Origin: Candidatus Poribacteria bacterium
Lineage (GTDB): Bacteria; Poribacteria; WGA-4E; WGA-3G
NCBI GenBank assembly: GCA_965198235.1
Contig: OZ240248.1
Coordinates: 2,432,001 to 2,496,000, forward strand
Direction of reading: 5' to 3'
DNA: 64,000 bases
A program made the translations under genes and the position numbers. Within the stretch, counting starts at the first letter, position 1. Every line of letters begins with the position of its first letter. Shown piece after piece: positions 9,670 through 19,733 of the stretch. The notes below the pieces were generated by a model. The model was not told where the DNA came from, searched no databases, and was given only the letters and a program-made list of their open reading frames with translations.

Positions 9670-10320
9670 CTACTGTTTTATAATCACCTTCCTAAATGTT
9701 AGCGACACCCGTCGCTGCCGCTCATACCTATGTCCATCCAATTCATCCCATTTTCTGGCGGCAATACCGTGCAACCACCTATATCTCGCTTCCTCACTCA
9801 ACACGACAAGGCTTCTTGGCGCAAGCCAAACCGGAATCTTCTTCTTATCGGATTTGTTTGTGAAATCCATAACACAACCCGATCCCAAACTCAAAGAGAC
9901 AATCGTATCTTTAAAACAGGGTTCGCAATCAATGTGACTTGAGATTCCTTGTCCGGGCAGGTATTCATTGACAATCACCTGATCGGCGACTTCCGGCATG
10001 TACCTGTCCTCATATAATTTTTCACTCAGTCGGTTCAGCCATTCTGGTAACTCGCCAATATGCATGTCCATGTCCACTTTCCGTGCTTTGTAGTTGTACT
10101 TAAAACCGTAATGCTGAACCCGCCGCTTTAGGTCATCGAGCCATTGGTGTTTGTCAATCCGCGCTAACGACCAATCATGTTGTACCTCGTCAATATAGTT
10201 TTCTACATATCGGAGACCTCCGATTATCGCAATCGCTTCCTGATTCCTTGACCGTAATTGTTGTTTAGCAGATTGCTCCTGCGGTACGGAAGTGAAGTCA
10301 AATTTTAATTGTTGTTGCAT
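9670..10320 (-). CDS. AlkB-family (ALKBH8-like) 2OG-Fe(II) dioxygenase
   Basis: RRVQHYG, DQVIVNEYLPGQGISSHID (HxD), WLHGI, RRVSLTFR. Confidence 0.9.
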   Translation of the reverse strand: MQQQLKFDFTSVPQEQSAKQQLRSRNQEAIAIIGGLRYVENYIDEVQHDWSLARIDKHQWLDDLKRRVQHYGFKYNYKARKVDMDMHIGELPEWLNRLSEKLYEDRYMPEVADQVIVNEYLPGQGISSHIDCEPCFKDTIVSLSLGSGCVMDFTNKSDKKKIPVWLAPRSLVVLSEEARYRWLHGIAARKWDELDGHRYERQRRVSLTFRKVIIKQ

Positions 10321-10334
10321 GGATTAATTCTCCA

Positions 10335-11273
10335 TTAAAAAATAGAGGGTAACTCAAATGGATCGTTGGAAAGCTCAGACGGATCGTTAGAAAGTATATC
10401 AAAGTATACATCAATCGGTAAACTTTTACGCCAGATTAACCGCTCATTTTGTAATCTGAACCAATGACAACTAAATTTCTCACTATTTGATTGGGTTATT
10501 TGACTTCTAAAAGTCGAAAGTTTTTCTTTGATAGTAAACCAGTTGCGATGTGAGTCCGGGGACTTGATGGGATTCTGATATATCATGCACATTTTATGTT
10601 GATTGTATTCCGTCACAATCTGAGTAAGGCAGTCAGATAAGGCACCTATGTTTAATGTGTTTAATGTGTTGCTTGCAAGAAAATAGCAAAAGTTAAATAT
10701 GATTTGTGTCCGATCGCCCCTCGTGATGTAATCAGTCAAGTAGTGGTATAATCGGTTGTAGTCAGAAATGTACCAACCTTTTGGAAAGAAAGACTCATCT
10801 TCGTAAGGTCCATGTCGGTTGATTTCCTGAGCCTTATGACGCATATAATGCGAATTATCGATTCCTAAATAAGTGATGTTGCGATGTCTTGCAAAAGTTG
10901 TCCAAAACGCAATGCCTGAAGTTAAAGGTCCGCAACCAAAGTCAACAAATACAACTTTATCGTTCACGGATGGGAGGTAATTCGTGAAAATATGATAAGA
11001 ACCAAAAAGGTGCATCGGCATATAATGGAGACAATAGATTAACACCTTTTCTTTTCCAGTAAGTCCTTCGAAAGGTTCATCAAAATTGGTCCGCCCTTGT
11101 TCTAGGATTGTCTCCCTATAGTATTTGAAGTCTTTGTTTCTCACATGGTCTACCCATGCTTGGGTCAGTGGATTAGGATCTTCAAATGGTTTAACTACTA
11201 ATTCTTTAAACAACTCTGATAAACTTTCACCAGGCGTATAGTAGTTATCGTGATGGGAGATAATATAGGACAT
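10335..11273 (-). CDS. Class I SAM-dependent methyltransferase-like protein
   Basis: FVDFGCGPLTSG, YLGIDNS; ATG at 11273 preceded by AGGAG and matching the paralog's N-terminus (MSYI). Confidence 0.8.
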   Translation of the reverse strand: MSYIISHHDNYYTPGESLSELFKELVVKPFEDPNPLTQAWVDHVRNKDFKYYRETILEQGRTNFDEPFEGLTGKEKVLIYCLHYMPMHLFGSYHIFTNYLPSVNDKVVFVDFGCGPLTSGIAFWTTFARHRNITYLGIDNSHYMRHKAQEINRHGPYEDESFFPKGWYISDYNRLYHYLTDYITRGDRTQIIFNFCYFLASNTLNTLNIGALSDCLTQIVTEYNQHKMCMIYQNPIKSPDSHRNWFTIKEKLSTFRSQITQSNSEKFSCHWFRLQNERLIWRKSLPIDVYFDILSNDPSELSNDPFELPSIF

Positions 11274-11384
11274 TGTTTTAGGATTCTCCTGTAAAATATC
11301 GCGTCCCGTATTCCGCCGTCGAGTAGCGGCTGATAGGAACAATTTTTACTATTTCTCAACAGCATCATATAGTCTCTCCACCGC

Positions 11385-12625
11385 TAGTGTTATGTCAACC
11401 TTGTGTTGATGGATAGAGTTTCTTGAGTTTGATACGTGCGTCGTCGGTAGTAAACTGCCACTTTACAGTAGTATCTTGTTGATTTCTTCGGCTTTGCCAA
11501 GCCTGAATCTCGTGCTTGAGGGTCTGTTGGTCCGGTATACGCCTACAAAGACATTGTCGAGATAGCACGGAAAGTTCAATCTCCGCCACATTTAGCCAAC
11601 TTCCATGCTTCGGAGTATAGTGAAACTCAATCTTTTCAGCAATACGCCTGGCTTGATGTGCTGGAAACGCTTTATACAACGAAGCCGGCTTATGCGTATT
11701 GAGATTATCGCAAACCAACAGGATCTTTTCGGCATTTGGGAAATGAGCATCCACCAAATCTCGGCAGATGTGAGCAAAATCAATACTTGTGCGTCTATCA
11801 GTGACTTCAACATGCCGAAATCCCTGAAGCGGCGCAAAAATCATGAACAGATTGCTCACGCCATTGCGCTCGTATTCAGAATCATATCGGCTCGGGGAGC
11901 CTGCGATGACCGGCAGAGGTTGCCGAGTTTCTTTGATGTGTTGTTGACTCGTTTCATCAACACAAACTAAAGGATTCACAGCGTCTTTGGGGCACTGATA
12001 GAGGTCTAAGACATCTTCCATCGCAGCGACGAACGCTGCCGAGGCTTTAGGGGGAATACACCATTGTTCCTTTAACCAAGGTCTGAGTTCGTTTTTTTTA
12101 GAACCTGTCGTATCGTTTCATGAGAAATACTTGAAAAATGGTTGAGTTCTACCATTTTCTCTGCTAAGAGGCGAAGCGTCCACCTTGAGAAACCCTTTGG
12201 GGCTTCTGAACAGGCTAAAGCGATCAGATGTGCCTCTTTTTCGCCATCAAACTTTTGCCGTCTTGGAGCCTCGGAACGCTTTTGAGGAGTCAGAGCGGCT
12301 GCGAATCCTTGAAGGACAAAGACCTTACGGACTCGCTGAATCGTGGGGATTGAGACTTCAATGGCTGCTTCTATCTGTTCATCAGTGTAGGCGGGACCAA
12401 ACTCGCCTGCGTCCGCTTTCAACAAGATTCTCGCACGCGTGAGTTTTCGAGCCGATTCTCTGCCCGAAGATATCAAATCAATGAGAGAATCTCGTTGACA
12501 GGGATCAAGTTCGACTATGTATCGTTTCGCTGGCATAAGAGACTCCAAGTTATAGCATTTATATTCTTGAGTCTAAGAATACCATCTTTCACATTAACTA
12601 TCAAACTAATTTTGACAGACCACTA
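11385..12625 (-). mobile_element. IS630-family insertion sequence
   Basis: TA dinucleotide at both ends (CTAG target); imperfect TIRs tagtgttatgtcaa / ttgacagaccacta; two-ORF transposase. Confidence 0.92.
11395..12548 (-). CDS. IS630 transposase, two ORFs joined by a probable programmed -1 frameshift
   Basis: HTH ORF 12072..12548 ends in VLKKT at an A8C run (about 12092-12099). DDE ORF 11395..12021 has VCVDE, DNLNTH and SWLNVAE. Confidence 0.9.
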
Positions 12626-12958
12626 GATGCATTAATTGAAAACTTGCGTCGTCTTGCTAACGTTCAATGTGAGTTGTTTACCAGCAATTTATCTGGTGCC
12701 ATAGGAATAGTATAACGGGTAACATCACCTTTTTCAAGGCAATCTTTGCTTTACACAGACACAGAGACGGGACTGGTTTCCAATTCACCACGATTCGGGC
12801 GCGAGCAGAGATCCTCCCACTTAATTCGTTAAAATGATAACATATTTGCAAAGCAGATTAAGGAAAAAACGGATGAGGAGCAGATGTGTTTAGGTGCTGC
12901 TATGCGCAAATCAGCAGCGCATCGACACTAACAAAACCGAGATGATAGGGGATTGAGA

Positions 12959-13972
12959 CTACAGATCGGCGACTAATTCCTCGTGGTATGCAAAGAGTGC
13001 CGGGGTACCGCCCGTGTGCAAGAAAATGACGGTATCGTCGCGTCCCAGTTTGCCCTGTTGGATGTGGTCAATAAGGCATGCCATCGCTTTGGCGGTATAG
13101 ACGGGGTCAAGGAAGATACCCTCCGTTTTGGCAACGAGTTTGAGGGCATCAATACATTCTGGTGTGAGATAGCCGTAAGCCTCTCCAATGTAGTCATCTG
13201 TATTTTGAATATCCGCTTCGGTAACGCGGGTGTCCAATCCTAAAAGGTCAGCGGCACTGTTTGCAGCAGCACTGAGCCGTTCAAGTTTATTCTCCCAAAC
13301 AATGGGGGCAATACCGAACGGCTTCATTTTCAACCCAAGCGTTTTGGTGCCGAGGACAAGTCCTGCCTGTGTGCCACCTACGGAAGCGGTATAAATCCAA
13401 TCGGCATCAATACCCAGTTGTTCTTGCTGTTGTGCAATTTCAGCGATGCACCATGTAAAAGCAACAGCGGCAAGCGCAGTGGACCGCGGTGATGCAACGA
13501 CATAAGGCTTCAGACCTCGTTTCTTGAGATCTTCCGCCAGTTCGTATTTTACGATGTCTAATTCGGGTCCGAATGGAACATCGACAACTTCGACTTCGGC
13601 ACCTGCTAAGTTATCTAACAGTAGATTGCCTTGAAGGATACTCTTGTGGTCCCGTGCGAGACGCAAGTAGCAGTTGAGCCCAAGTTTACCGCAAGCAGCG
13701 GCGGCTTGTCTACAGTGATTGGATTGCGATGCCGCGCCGTGTACAATCGTATCGGCACCTTGTGCAACAGCATCACCAATTGTGAAGGTGAGTTGTCTGA
13801 CCTTGTTTCCGCCAAATGCCAAACCCGAGCAGTCTTCACGTTTGATGAAAATGCGCGGACCGCTGAGTGCCTCAGAGAGTCGTGGGCATTCCTCAAGCGG
13901 TGTCGGAAAGTGGCCGAGGTCGACTTGTGGTATCTGTGAAACTTTCTGAATTAAGTCCTTACCAATCTTCAT
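12959..13972 (-). CDS. D-cysteine desulfhydrase / ACC deaminase family PLP enzyme
   Basis: IKREDCSGLAFGGNKVR, QSNHCR, LDPVYTAKA, FLHTGG; likely start MKIGKDL at 13972. Confidence 0.9.
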   Translation of the reverse strand: MKIGKDLIQKVSQIPQVDLGHFPTPLEECPRLSEALSGPRIFIKREDCSGLAFGGNKVRQLTFTIGDAVAQGADTIVHGAASQSNHCRQAAAACGKLGLNCYLRLARDHKSILQGNLLLDNLAGAEVEVVDVPFGPELDIVKYELAEDLKKRGLKPYVVASPRSTALAAVAFTWCIAEIAQQQEQLGIDADWIYTASVGGTQAGLVLGTKTLGLKMKPFGIAPIVWENKLERLSAAANSAADLLGLDTRVTEADIQNTDDYIGEAYGYLTPECIDALKLVAKTEGIFLDPVYTAKAMACLIDHIQQGKLGRDDTVIFLHTGGTPALFAYHEELVADL

Positions 13973-13976
13973 CTGT

Positions 13977-15572
13977 CTACTCCGCTTCAATAACGACAGC
14001 CATTTGACTGACCCGTTTTCCATCCTTGGACTGTAAGCCTGGTGTGACGACCTCAATGATGGTTTCTGAGTCAAATTCACTGATGCAGGCACCTTTTACC
14101 TTGTGATGATTAGATGATACCTTCGTTTTCCCGGTTTCAATCGGAATGACTTCGGAATCAACAAGATCTAAAAACCAAGTGAGACGTTTGGGTAACGCGT
14201 TACTGTGCGTGCTTTTGGCGATCTCAACAAAAAGAAAATCGCGGACGAACTCGATGAGGAACTTCTTGAAAACGATCACCTCAATCTTCGCTGCGTGTTT
14301 CTTTTCCTGCTCGATTAACTTTTTCGTGAAGCGTTGGAGATAGGCATCACATTCGCTCTGAATTTTCTCCACATCGCGTTCGTTTTCGGCGAGAAGATCA
14401 GGGAATAATGTTGGTGAGGGTGTAGAAACACCACGTGTCTGCTTGAGTGTCTGTCTGAGTCGCATGCCGATCTCAGTGAGCGTTTCAACAAGCTGTTTGG
14501 TTTCAGGTGTAGCACGCCTTGTCTCTTTCTGCCATGCGGTTACCTCGTTCACCATGAGGTTAAGAAGAAAAATTGCGGTTTCCTCTTCACAGAGCGTCTC
14601 TGGATCCCAATCGCTGAGATTGAGCCCATAGCCTTCATTGTAATCCTTCTCTAACTTGGAGAGTTTATCCTGAAATTCGTCTTGAATGGTTTCGCTTCTT
14701 GCCTGATAGTAAGCCTTGCTACGTCTTCTGTCAGCAGGAAATCCCAATGCTTGAGCAAACTGCCCCAAAATTCCTTTCCTTTTCTGTTTTGAAGTTGCTC
14801 TACCGGTATGAGGGGAGTTATCTGTCCCTGTTGCTGTCGCCTGCGGTTTCCCTCGCTTTGCAAGCGTGCTTGCTGGCAGGGACGGAACTGTGATTTTAAA
14901 CTCAAGGTTAGTGTCTACATTGACTGCCCGTGATTTAGGAACAACATGTATAGACGAGGATACTTCTGTCGGTTCCTGTTCGATTTCAGGGGCGATCGGC
15001 GGTGCCGGTTCTGCAGTATGTGCTTCGGGATCGCTCGGGATCACAGGTGCTTCTACTGGTTCAGGTTCGTGCCGAACGACTACTTTTTCAACAGGTTCTT
15101 CTACTGGTTTAGGCTCACGAGGAACGACTACTTTTTCAGCGTGTTGTGTTGTTGCAATCTCGGATTCGAGATGAGTGTATTTGTCTATGTTACTGTGGTT
15201 CCTCAAAAGGGATGTATCAGCCACAGGCACGGGGTCCTCTACTAAATCCTCTGCTGGCAATTTAACTCTGAGTTGGTCCAATTCCGCCAATATTTTTTCG
15301 ATACGAGCGGAAATCGGATCCGCATTATCAATAAAAAAGGTCAGTCGGTGTGCTTCGAGGACCTCCGCTGGGAGGTGCAGCAAGACAGGTGTGGCGGTTA
15401 ACTGAAACTGCCTCCAATTGGCGAGTCCGCTCATGGCTAATTTCTGATACATTACGCGCACTTGTCTTTCGTCGCTAATCAGATTCCGGAGACTCATATA
15501 GGTACGAGTGCCTTCAATACTAAATGATATCTCAATATCTCGGAAACGACCTGTTACGCTATTCCTGGACAT
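13977..15572 (-). CDS. Hypothetical protein with Pro/Glu-rich linker and GrpE-like C-terminal segment
   Basis: Long ORF with AGGAG RBS; C-terminus TIIEVVTPGLQSKDGKRVSQMAVV resembles the GrpE beta region. Confidence 0.7.
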   Translation of the reverse strand: MSRNSVTGRFRDIEISFSIEGTRTYMSLRNLISDERQVRVMYQKLAMSGLANWRQFQLTATPVLLHLPAEVLEAHRLTFFIDNADPISARIEKILAELDQLRVKLPAEDLVEDPVPVADTSLLRNHSNIDKYTHLESEIATTQHAEKVVVPREPKPVEEPVEKVVVRHEPEPVEAPVIPSDPEAHTAEPAPPIAPEIEQEPTEVSSSIHVVPKSRAVNVDTNLEFKITVPSLPASTLAKRGKPQATATGTDNSPHTGRATSKQKRKGILGQFAQALGFPADRRRSKAYYQARSETIQDEFQDKLSKLEKDYNEGYGLNLSDWDPETLCEEETAIFLLNLMVNEVTAWQKETRRATPETKQLVETLTEIGMRLRQTLKQTRGVSTPSPTLFPDLLAENERDVEKIQSECDAYLQRFTKKLIEQEKKHAAKIEVIVFKKFLIEFVRDFLFVEIAKSTHSNALPKRLTWFLDLVDSEVIPIETGKTKVSSNHHKVKGACISEFDSETIIEVVTPGLQSKDGKRVSQMAVVIEAE

Positions 15573-15796
15573 GTTATGCTTCTCCTTGAAAATCTCTCAT
15601 ATAATATAATTAAGACCGAACATGAGCTTAATGGATAGTATCAGATTAAGCAATTTAACGTTTTTTGTCCATTGGCGTTACAAAATTTTTTCTGTTCGGC
15701 TGTTTTCTTAACCAAGATTCACAGAATTAGAGCCCTGATTTACGAAATTAGAGGGCTTCTGGACTACAACAATTGTTCCGAGTAAGAATAGAAAAT

Positions 15797-18700
15797 TCAC
15801 CTCTTGATGAGCATTTTCCGAGTCGCATGGAAAGTTCCAGTTTGAATTGCGTAAAAATATACGCCGCTTGCGACAGATTCACCGGTGGCGTTACGACCAT
15901 CCCAATAAGCGGTGTGTGAACCTGCCTTGCGGTAGCCGAGTGCTTTAAAATAGATACGCCTCCCTTGGGCATCATAAATATGAAGGGACACGTTCATATC
16001 TGAGGCGAGTTGATACGGGATCCATGTCTCTGGGTTAAATGGGTTAGGGAAATTTTGGTTTAAACGGTTGACTAACGTAGGTTTAACGGCGTTGGGAGTC
16101 CAGTCAGATTGCGTAGGTTCTTCCACAGCAAGCGAATAGCCTTCTGGGTGCACACGAAAGATCCGAAGTTGATACAGATCCGCGACATAGAGGGCACTTC
16201 CTACTGACTTCAATTCAAACGGGAACCTGAGTCCACGAAAGCTTGAGGTGGCTGTCAACGTGCGTGTGTCAATAACCTGAACGCTATTGCTATCGAGTAG
16301 ATAGAGAGAGTCGCCACTTACGGTCGCATCGATTGGGAGGGCATCATTCTCGTATGCGTCTTGCAACTTCGGGTTGTTCGGTTCAGACACATCAAGCACT
16401 GCGACACCGATGCTACTGTCCAACAGGTAAGCACGTTCATCCGAGAGCGCAACGCCTGTTGCATTTCCTTGCGTAGCGTAACTTCCGACCAGACGCGGGA
16501 CTGCCGGTCCTGTAATGTCGAAAACGTGCAGTCCTCCTTCAAGAGCGGCGACATAGGCGTGTACAGGTGGGTTGGTATCGACGACAACACGATAAGCACT
16601 CCCTGGCATGTCGCGTTTGGATACAATTCTGCTTTGCTGAGGAGCCCGACTATCAACAACAATGAGGGATCCTGTGCAGAGGTAGGCGTAACCTTCGTGT
16701 AACGCGATGTCCGAAACGGGTGAAGTTGTCGGAATATGCGAGGCAATCGTATCTGTAGCGAGATTGACAACGTACATTCCCGTCTCAGCAGCGACGAAGC
16801 CATACCCATTTTGGACGCGAATTTTGGTGCCGCTTGCAGCCTCAAACTGGTTGTTAGAGGTGATGATCTTCGTAGACAACGGCAGTTTTTTTGTCACGCT
16901 GCCATGATAAGGTGTCGTAAATTCGAGGGCTTTCAATCCGCCTACACCGTTTGCGACGTAGACAGTCCGTTCGCCCGCGTCTGTCTCAACGATGTCAAGT
17001 CCATAAGCTGTGCCACCAGATGCGTACCGATGTAACCACTTCGGCGATTCTGATTCGCTTATGTCTATTGTTTGGATTCCGCCCTTTCCATCAGCGATGT
17101 ATGCGAGTGTATCTCTGAGGACTATATCGGTTGCATTGCCGGATGTAGGTTGTGTGGAAATTCGCCGTGGCTGTTGTGGGTTACGCACATTGATAATATG
17201 GAGTCCTGTTTGCCGGTCCGTAAGATAAACGGTGTCGTTACGGAATTGAATACCTGTGGCAAGTCCTGGTGTATTAAGGCGGAAATCTATTTCGGGATTT
17301 TGGTTATCCGTAACATCCACTAAGATGAGGTTGCCTGAGGCGACATAGGCGTGGGTTGTCCCTCGTGTCTCTTCGATCTCATGGGCAGTGGCTAAAATTG
17401 GCACAACACTGCGCACAACAAAATCACCGAATGGACTTGGATCAAGAATAAGAAGCCCATGTCTATCATCACTGAAATAGACAGTACCGTTGTGGATGGC
17501 AACATTGATCGGCGTGCCTGCAGTGCGAAAGAAACGTCGGGGTCGAGGCACTTGCATATTGTGGACATCCCGTAAGTTGAAAACAAGCATTCCGCGCTCA
17601 CGGTCAAGCGCGTATAGTTTGTCATCAGCGACTCGAACTCTGTGTACACTTGTAAACCCACCAAGTGTCTTTACAATACTCGGCTTGCTTGGGACTGCAA
17701 TATCAATGACCTGTACACCTATAGCACCGTCAGCGACGTAAGCAGTATCTCCCGCAACGGCGACAGATCGCGCCCTGCCCGGCGTGGCAATCTCACCAAT
17801 TCGGGCGGGTTGTGTCGGTTCTATCAACGTGAAGATTTCAAGCCCCCAATCACTCGCTGCGTAAAGATGGGAGGCATTCGGATCACCGATTACAAGGTCG
17901 GTATAATCACTGGCAAGATGAATTTGGGTCCTCGGTTCAAGCTGCGTTTCCGGTGTAAGCTTCGCGGGCGAAGCACTCCGTTGGGTGAGATTGCCGAGGG
18001 CGTAGGTTACAGCGTCAGGCATAGTGTCCGACGCACGCTGGCGTGGGACCTCTACTGCGCCACCGTTGTTGGCGGCGGGCAAATCCACGGCGACATAGCG
18101 GAATGTCTGTGGAACATCTGCCGTTACCATTAGCACAATCTTACCGTCGCGCAGGAGTCCTTCTCGGCGAGGAAACGCCCAAGCAAAAACCCCTCTGTTT
18201 TTCGTGTTAAATGGGATGGGTGTAACAACGGGACGTCCGTTGGATGGCAGATAAAGGGTTGTCGCGTAGAGGTTTCCTGAGCCACTGCCGATCACCGATA
18301 GATTCAAGGTTTCGGGTAGATTCTCAAAGACAATATAGTACGCCCCCCATTGGTCGATGGGAATATTGTTCGCCTCGTTCGGGTAGCTGCGGACGCGCGG
18401 TGTTACAGCACTCACCTTTCGGTTACGTAGGGCAGCGTAACCGAGTTGTTTATTTTGAGCCTGCGTATTGGTCCAATTCGCAAGCCCCCATTTCAGAAAG
18501 ACTTCAGGAAATCTGTCACTCTTTCCGTCGCCTGCCAGGGCAGCGTCAATCGCTTGTTCACCGAGTGCGTCCGTCTCTATAATGCTGCGGATAATCTCCG
18601 GGCCTCCATACTGCTCATAGAGGTAGAGCATGAGCAAAAAGGTCCCGCCGTAATACACATCCGACGTGTTTGTATAGGCAAGCGAAATGCTGGGGTTTGC

Positions 18701-19402
18701 CAGATAGCCATCAACAAAAATGTTATGTACAGTGCCGTAAACTGCCCATTCAACGAAACTCGCTGTGCCTTCTTCTAACCACCGCTGGTCAGTGGTCCCA
18801 CCGTTCTGGAACCAATTGATGAGATGCGCGAGTTCGTGTGCGAGACTGCTATAAAAAGTATGTCGAGCCCGTTCTCTGAACTGGAAAACGTCCATATAGA
18901 GCATTTCGCGACGGTTGCTGTTCGGTAGTGTGGGCAACTGATCGGTGGGCGAGAAATAGCCACCGTAGTCTCGTCCGGAGTTGTTCATACCGACATCGTG
19001 CATCAACAAGGTAATGCGGTTGTCTCTGTCGAGTCCGGGTTTCCATTCAGTTCCCATCCACTTTCGAACGTCCGGGTAGATGCGGTTGTCAAATTCTCTT
19101 GCTACGGCGGTAGCTTCGGCATCCGTGAACAGATCGCGCACCGAATTGTCGACATAGACATAGAGATGTTCACTCTTCGCAATACAGGTGGCTATTACCT
19201 CTGTCTCAGGAATGTGAATAAAAAATCGCTCTACGTGTCCAATTTGAACGGGTGCGGCGGGGGCAGTGGGAATTTCTTCAGGGAAGTGTTGATTGATGTG
19301 TTCTTGATGCAAGAGCGGTGTCCCACACAACCACGGCTCCTCGGACACGGAAGCACCAACGACGCAAAAAATAAGAAAGGTTGATATTATTAAAAGTCGC
19401 AT
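15797..19402 (-). CDS. Secreted zinc metallopeptidase (HEXXH) + LVIVD-repeat beta-propeller + FlgD-Ig/T9SS-like C-terminal domain
   Basis: Signal peptide; HELAH...WLEEG; repeated AYVADG.GxxxIDI units; NQNFPNPFNPETWIP...WDGRN...SGVYFY...RKMLIKR. Confidence 0.85.
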   Translation of the reverse strand: MRLLIISTFLIFCVVGASVSEEPWLCGTPLLHQEHINQHFPEEIPTAPAAPVQIGHVERFFIHIPETEVIATCIAKSEHLYVYVDNSVRDLFTDAEATAVAREFDNRIYPDVRKWMGTEWKPGLDRDNRITLLMHDVGMNNSGRDYGGYFSPTDQLPTLPNSNRREMLYMDVFQFRERARHTFYSSLAHELAHLINWFQNGGTTDQRWLEEGTASFVEWAVYGTVHNIFVDGYLANPSISLAYTNTSDVYYGGTFLLMLYLYEQYGGPEIIRSIIETDALGEQAIDAALAGDGKSDRFPEVFLKWGLANWTNTQAQNKQLGYAALRNRKVSAVTPRVRSYPNEANNIPIDQWGAYYIVFENLPETLNLSVIGSGSGNLYATTLYLPSNGRPVVTPIPFNTKNRGVFAWAFPRREGLLRDGKIVLMVTADVPQTFRYVAVDLPAANNGGAVEVPRQRASDTMPDAVTYALGNLTQRSASPAKLTPETQLEPRTQIHLASDYTDLVIGDPNASHLYAASDWGLEIFTLIEPTQPARIGEIATPGRARSVAVAGDTAYVADGAIGVQVIDIAVPSKPSIVKTLGGFTSVHRVRVADDKLYALDRERGMLVFNLRDVHNMQVPRPRRFFRTAGTPINVAIHNGTVYFSDDRHGLLILDPSPFGDFVVRSVVPILATAHEIEETRGTTHAYVASGNLILVDVTDNQNPEIDFRLNTPGLATGIQFRNDTVYLTDRQTGLHIINVRNPQQPRRISTQPTSGNATDIVLRDTLAYIADGKGGIQTIDISESESPKWLHRYASGGTAYGLDIVETDAGERTVYVANGVGGLKALEFTTPYHGSVTKKLPLSTKIITSNNQFEAASGTKIRVQNGYGFVAAETGMYVVNLATDTIASHIPTTSPVSDIALHEGYAYLCTGSLIVVDSRAPQQSRIVSKRDMPGSAYRVVVDTNPPVHAYVAALEGGLHVFDITGPAVPRLVGSYATQGNATGVALSDERAYLLDSSIGVAVLDVSEPNNPKLQDAYENDALPIDATVSGDSLYLLDSNSVQVIDTRTLTATSSFRGLRFPFELKSVGSALYVADLYQLRIFRVHPEGYSLAVEEPTQSDWTPNAVKPTLVNRLNQNFPNPFNPETWIPYQLASDMNVSLHIYDAQGRRIYFKALGYRKAGSHTAYWDGRNATGESVASGVYFYAIQTGTFHATRKMLIKR

Positions 19403-19446
19403 TAGATGTGTAGTGTTCTATTGAGTTTGAATTTTAGTGTAGGTTT

Positions 19447-19518
19447 GTAGTCGTGCGATTTATCGCACTGCTTCGCAGTGAGAACGGGTGAACGACGGGC
19501 AATGAATTGCCCTACTAC
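19447..19518. repeat. Inverted pair of GTAG REP-like palindromes (REPIN/BIME-like)
   Basis: gtagtcgtgcgatttatcgcac ... gggcaatgaattgccctactac; related copy at about 52860. Confidence 0.75.
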
Positions 19519-19733
19519 AAACCAAAGCAGGCACCCATAATTTGAAAGTAGATGAAGTAGTCGTTATTCCTCAGCAGACGTACTAATTCAACAAATTTCA
19601 GTAATCATTAATTTCACTATTATCTATTTTACAATAGTTGTGCTGTAAATTCAACCGATACCAGAAATCCCTTTACAGACCACAATCCCTCTGCTATACT
19701 TATATGTAAAGACACCAAAAAGGAGCAACCTCA

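Noticed and set aside
8270-10000. DGR template/variable repeat pair between the two AlkB 3' halves
   Set aside because: Differences involve all four bases rather than adenines only, and there is no reverse transcriptase nearby.
12626-12958. Gene interrupted by the IS630
   Set aside because: Rejoining the flanks at the TA target gives no convincing minus-strand open frame; the insertion appears intergenic.
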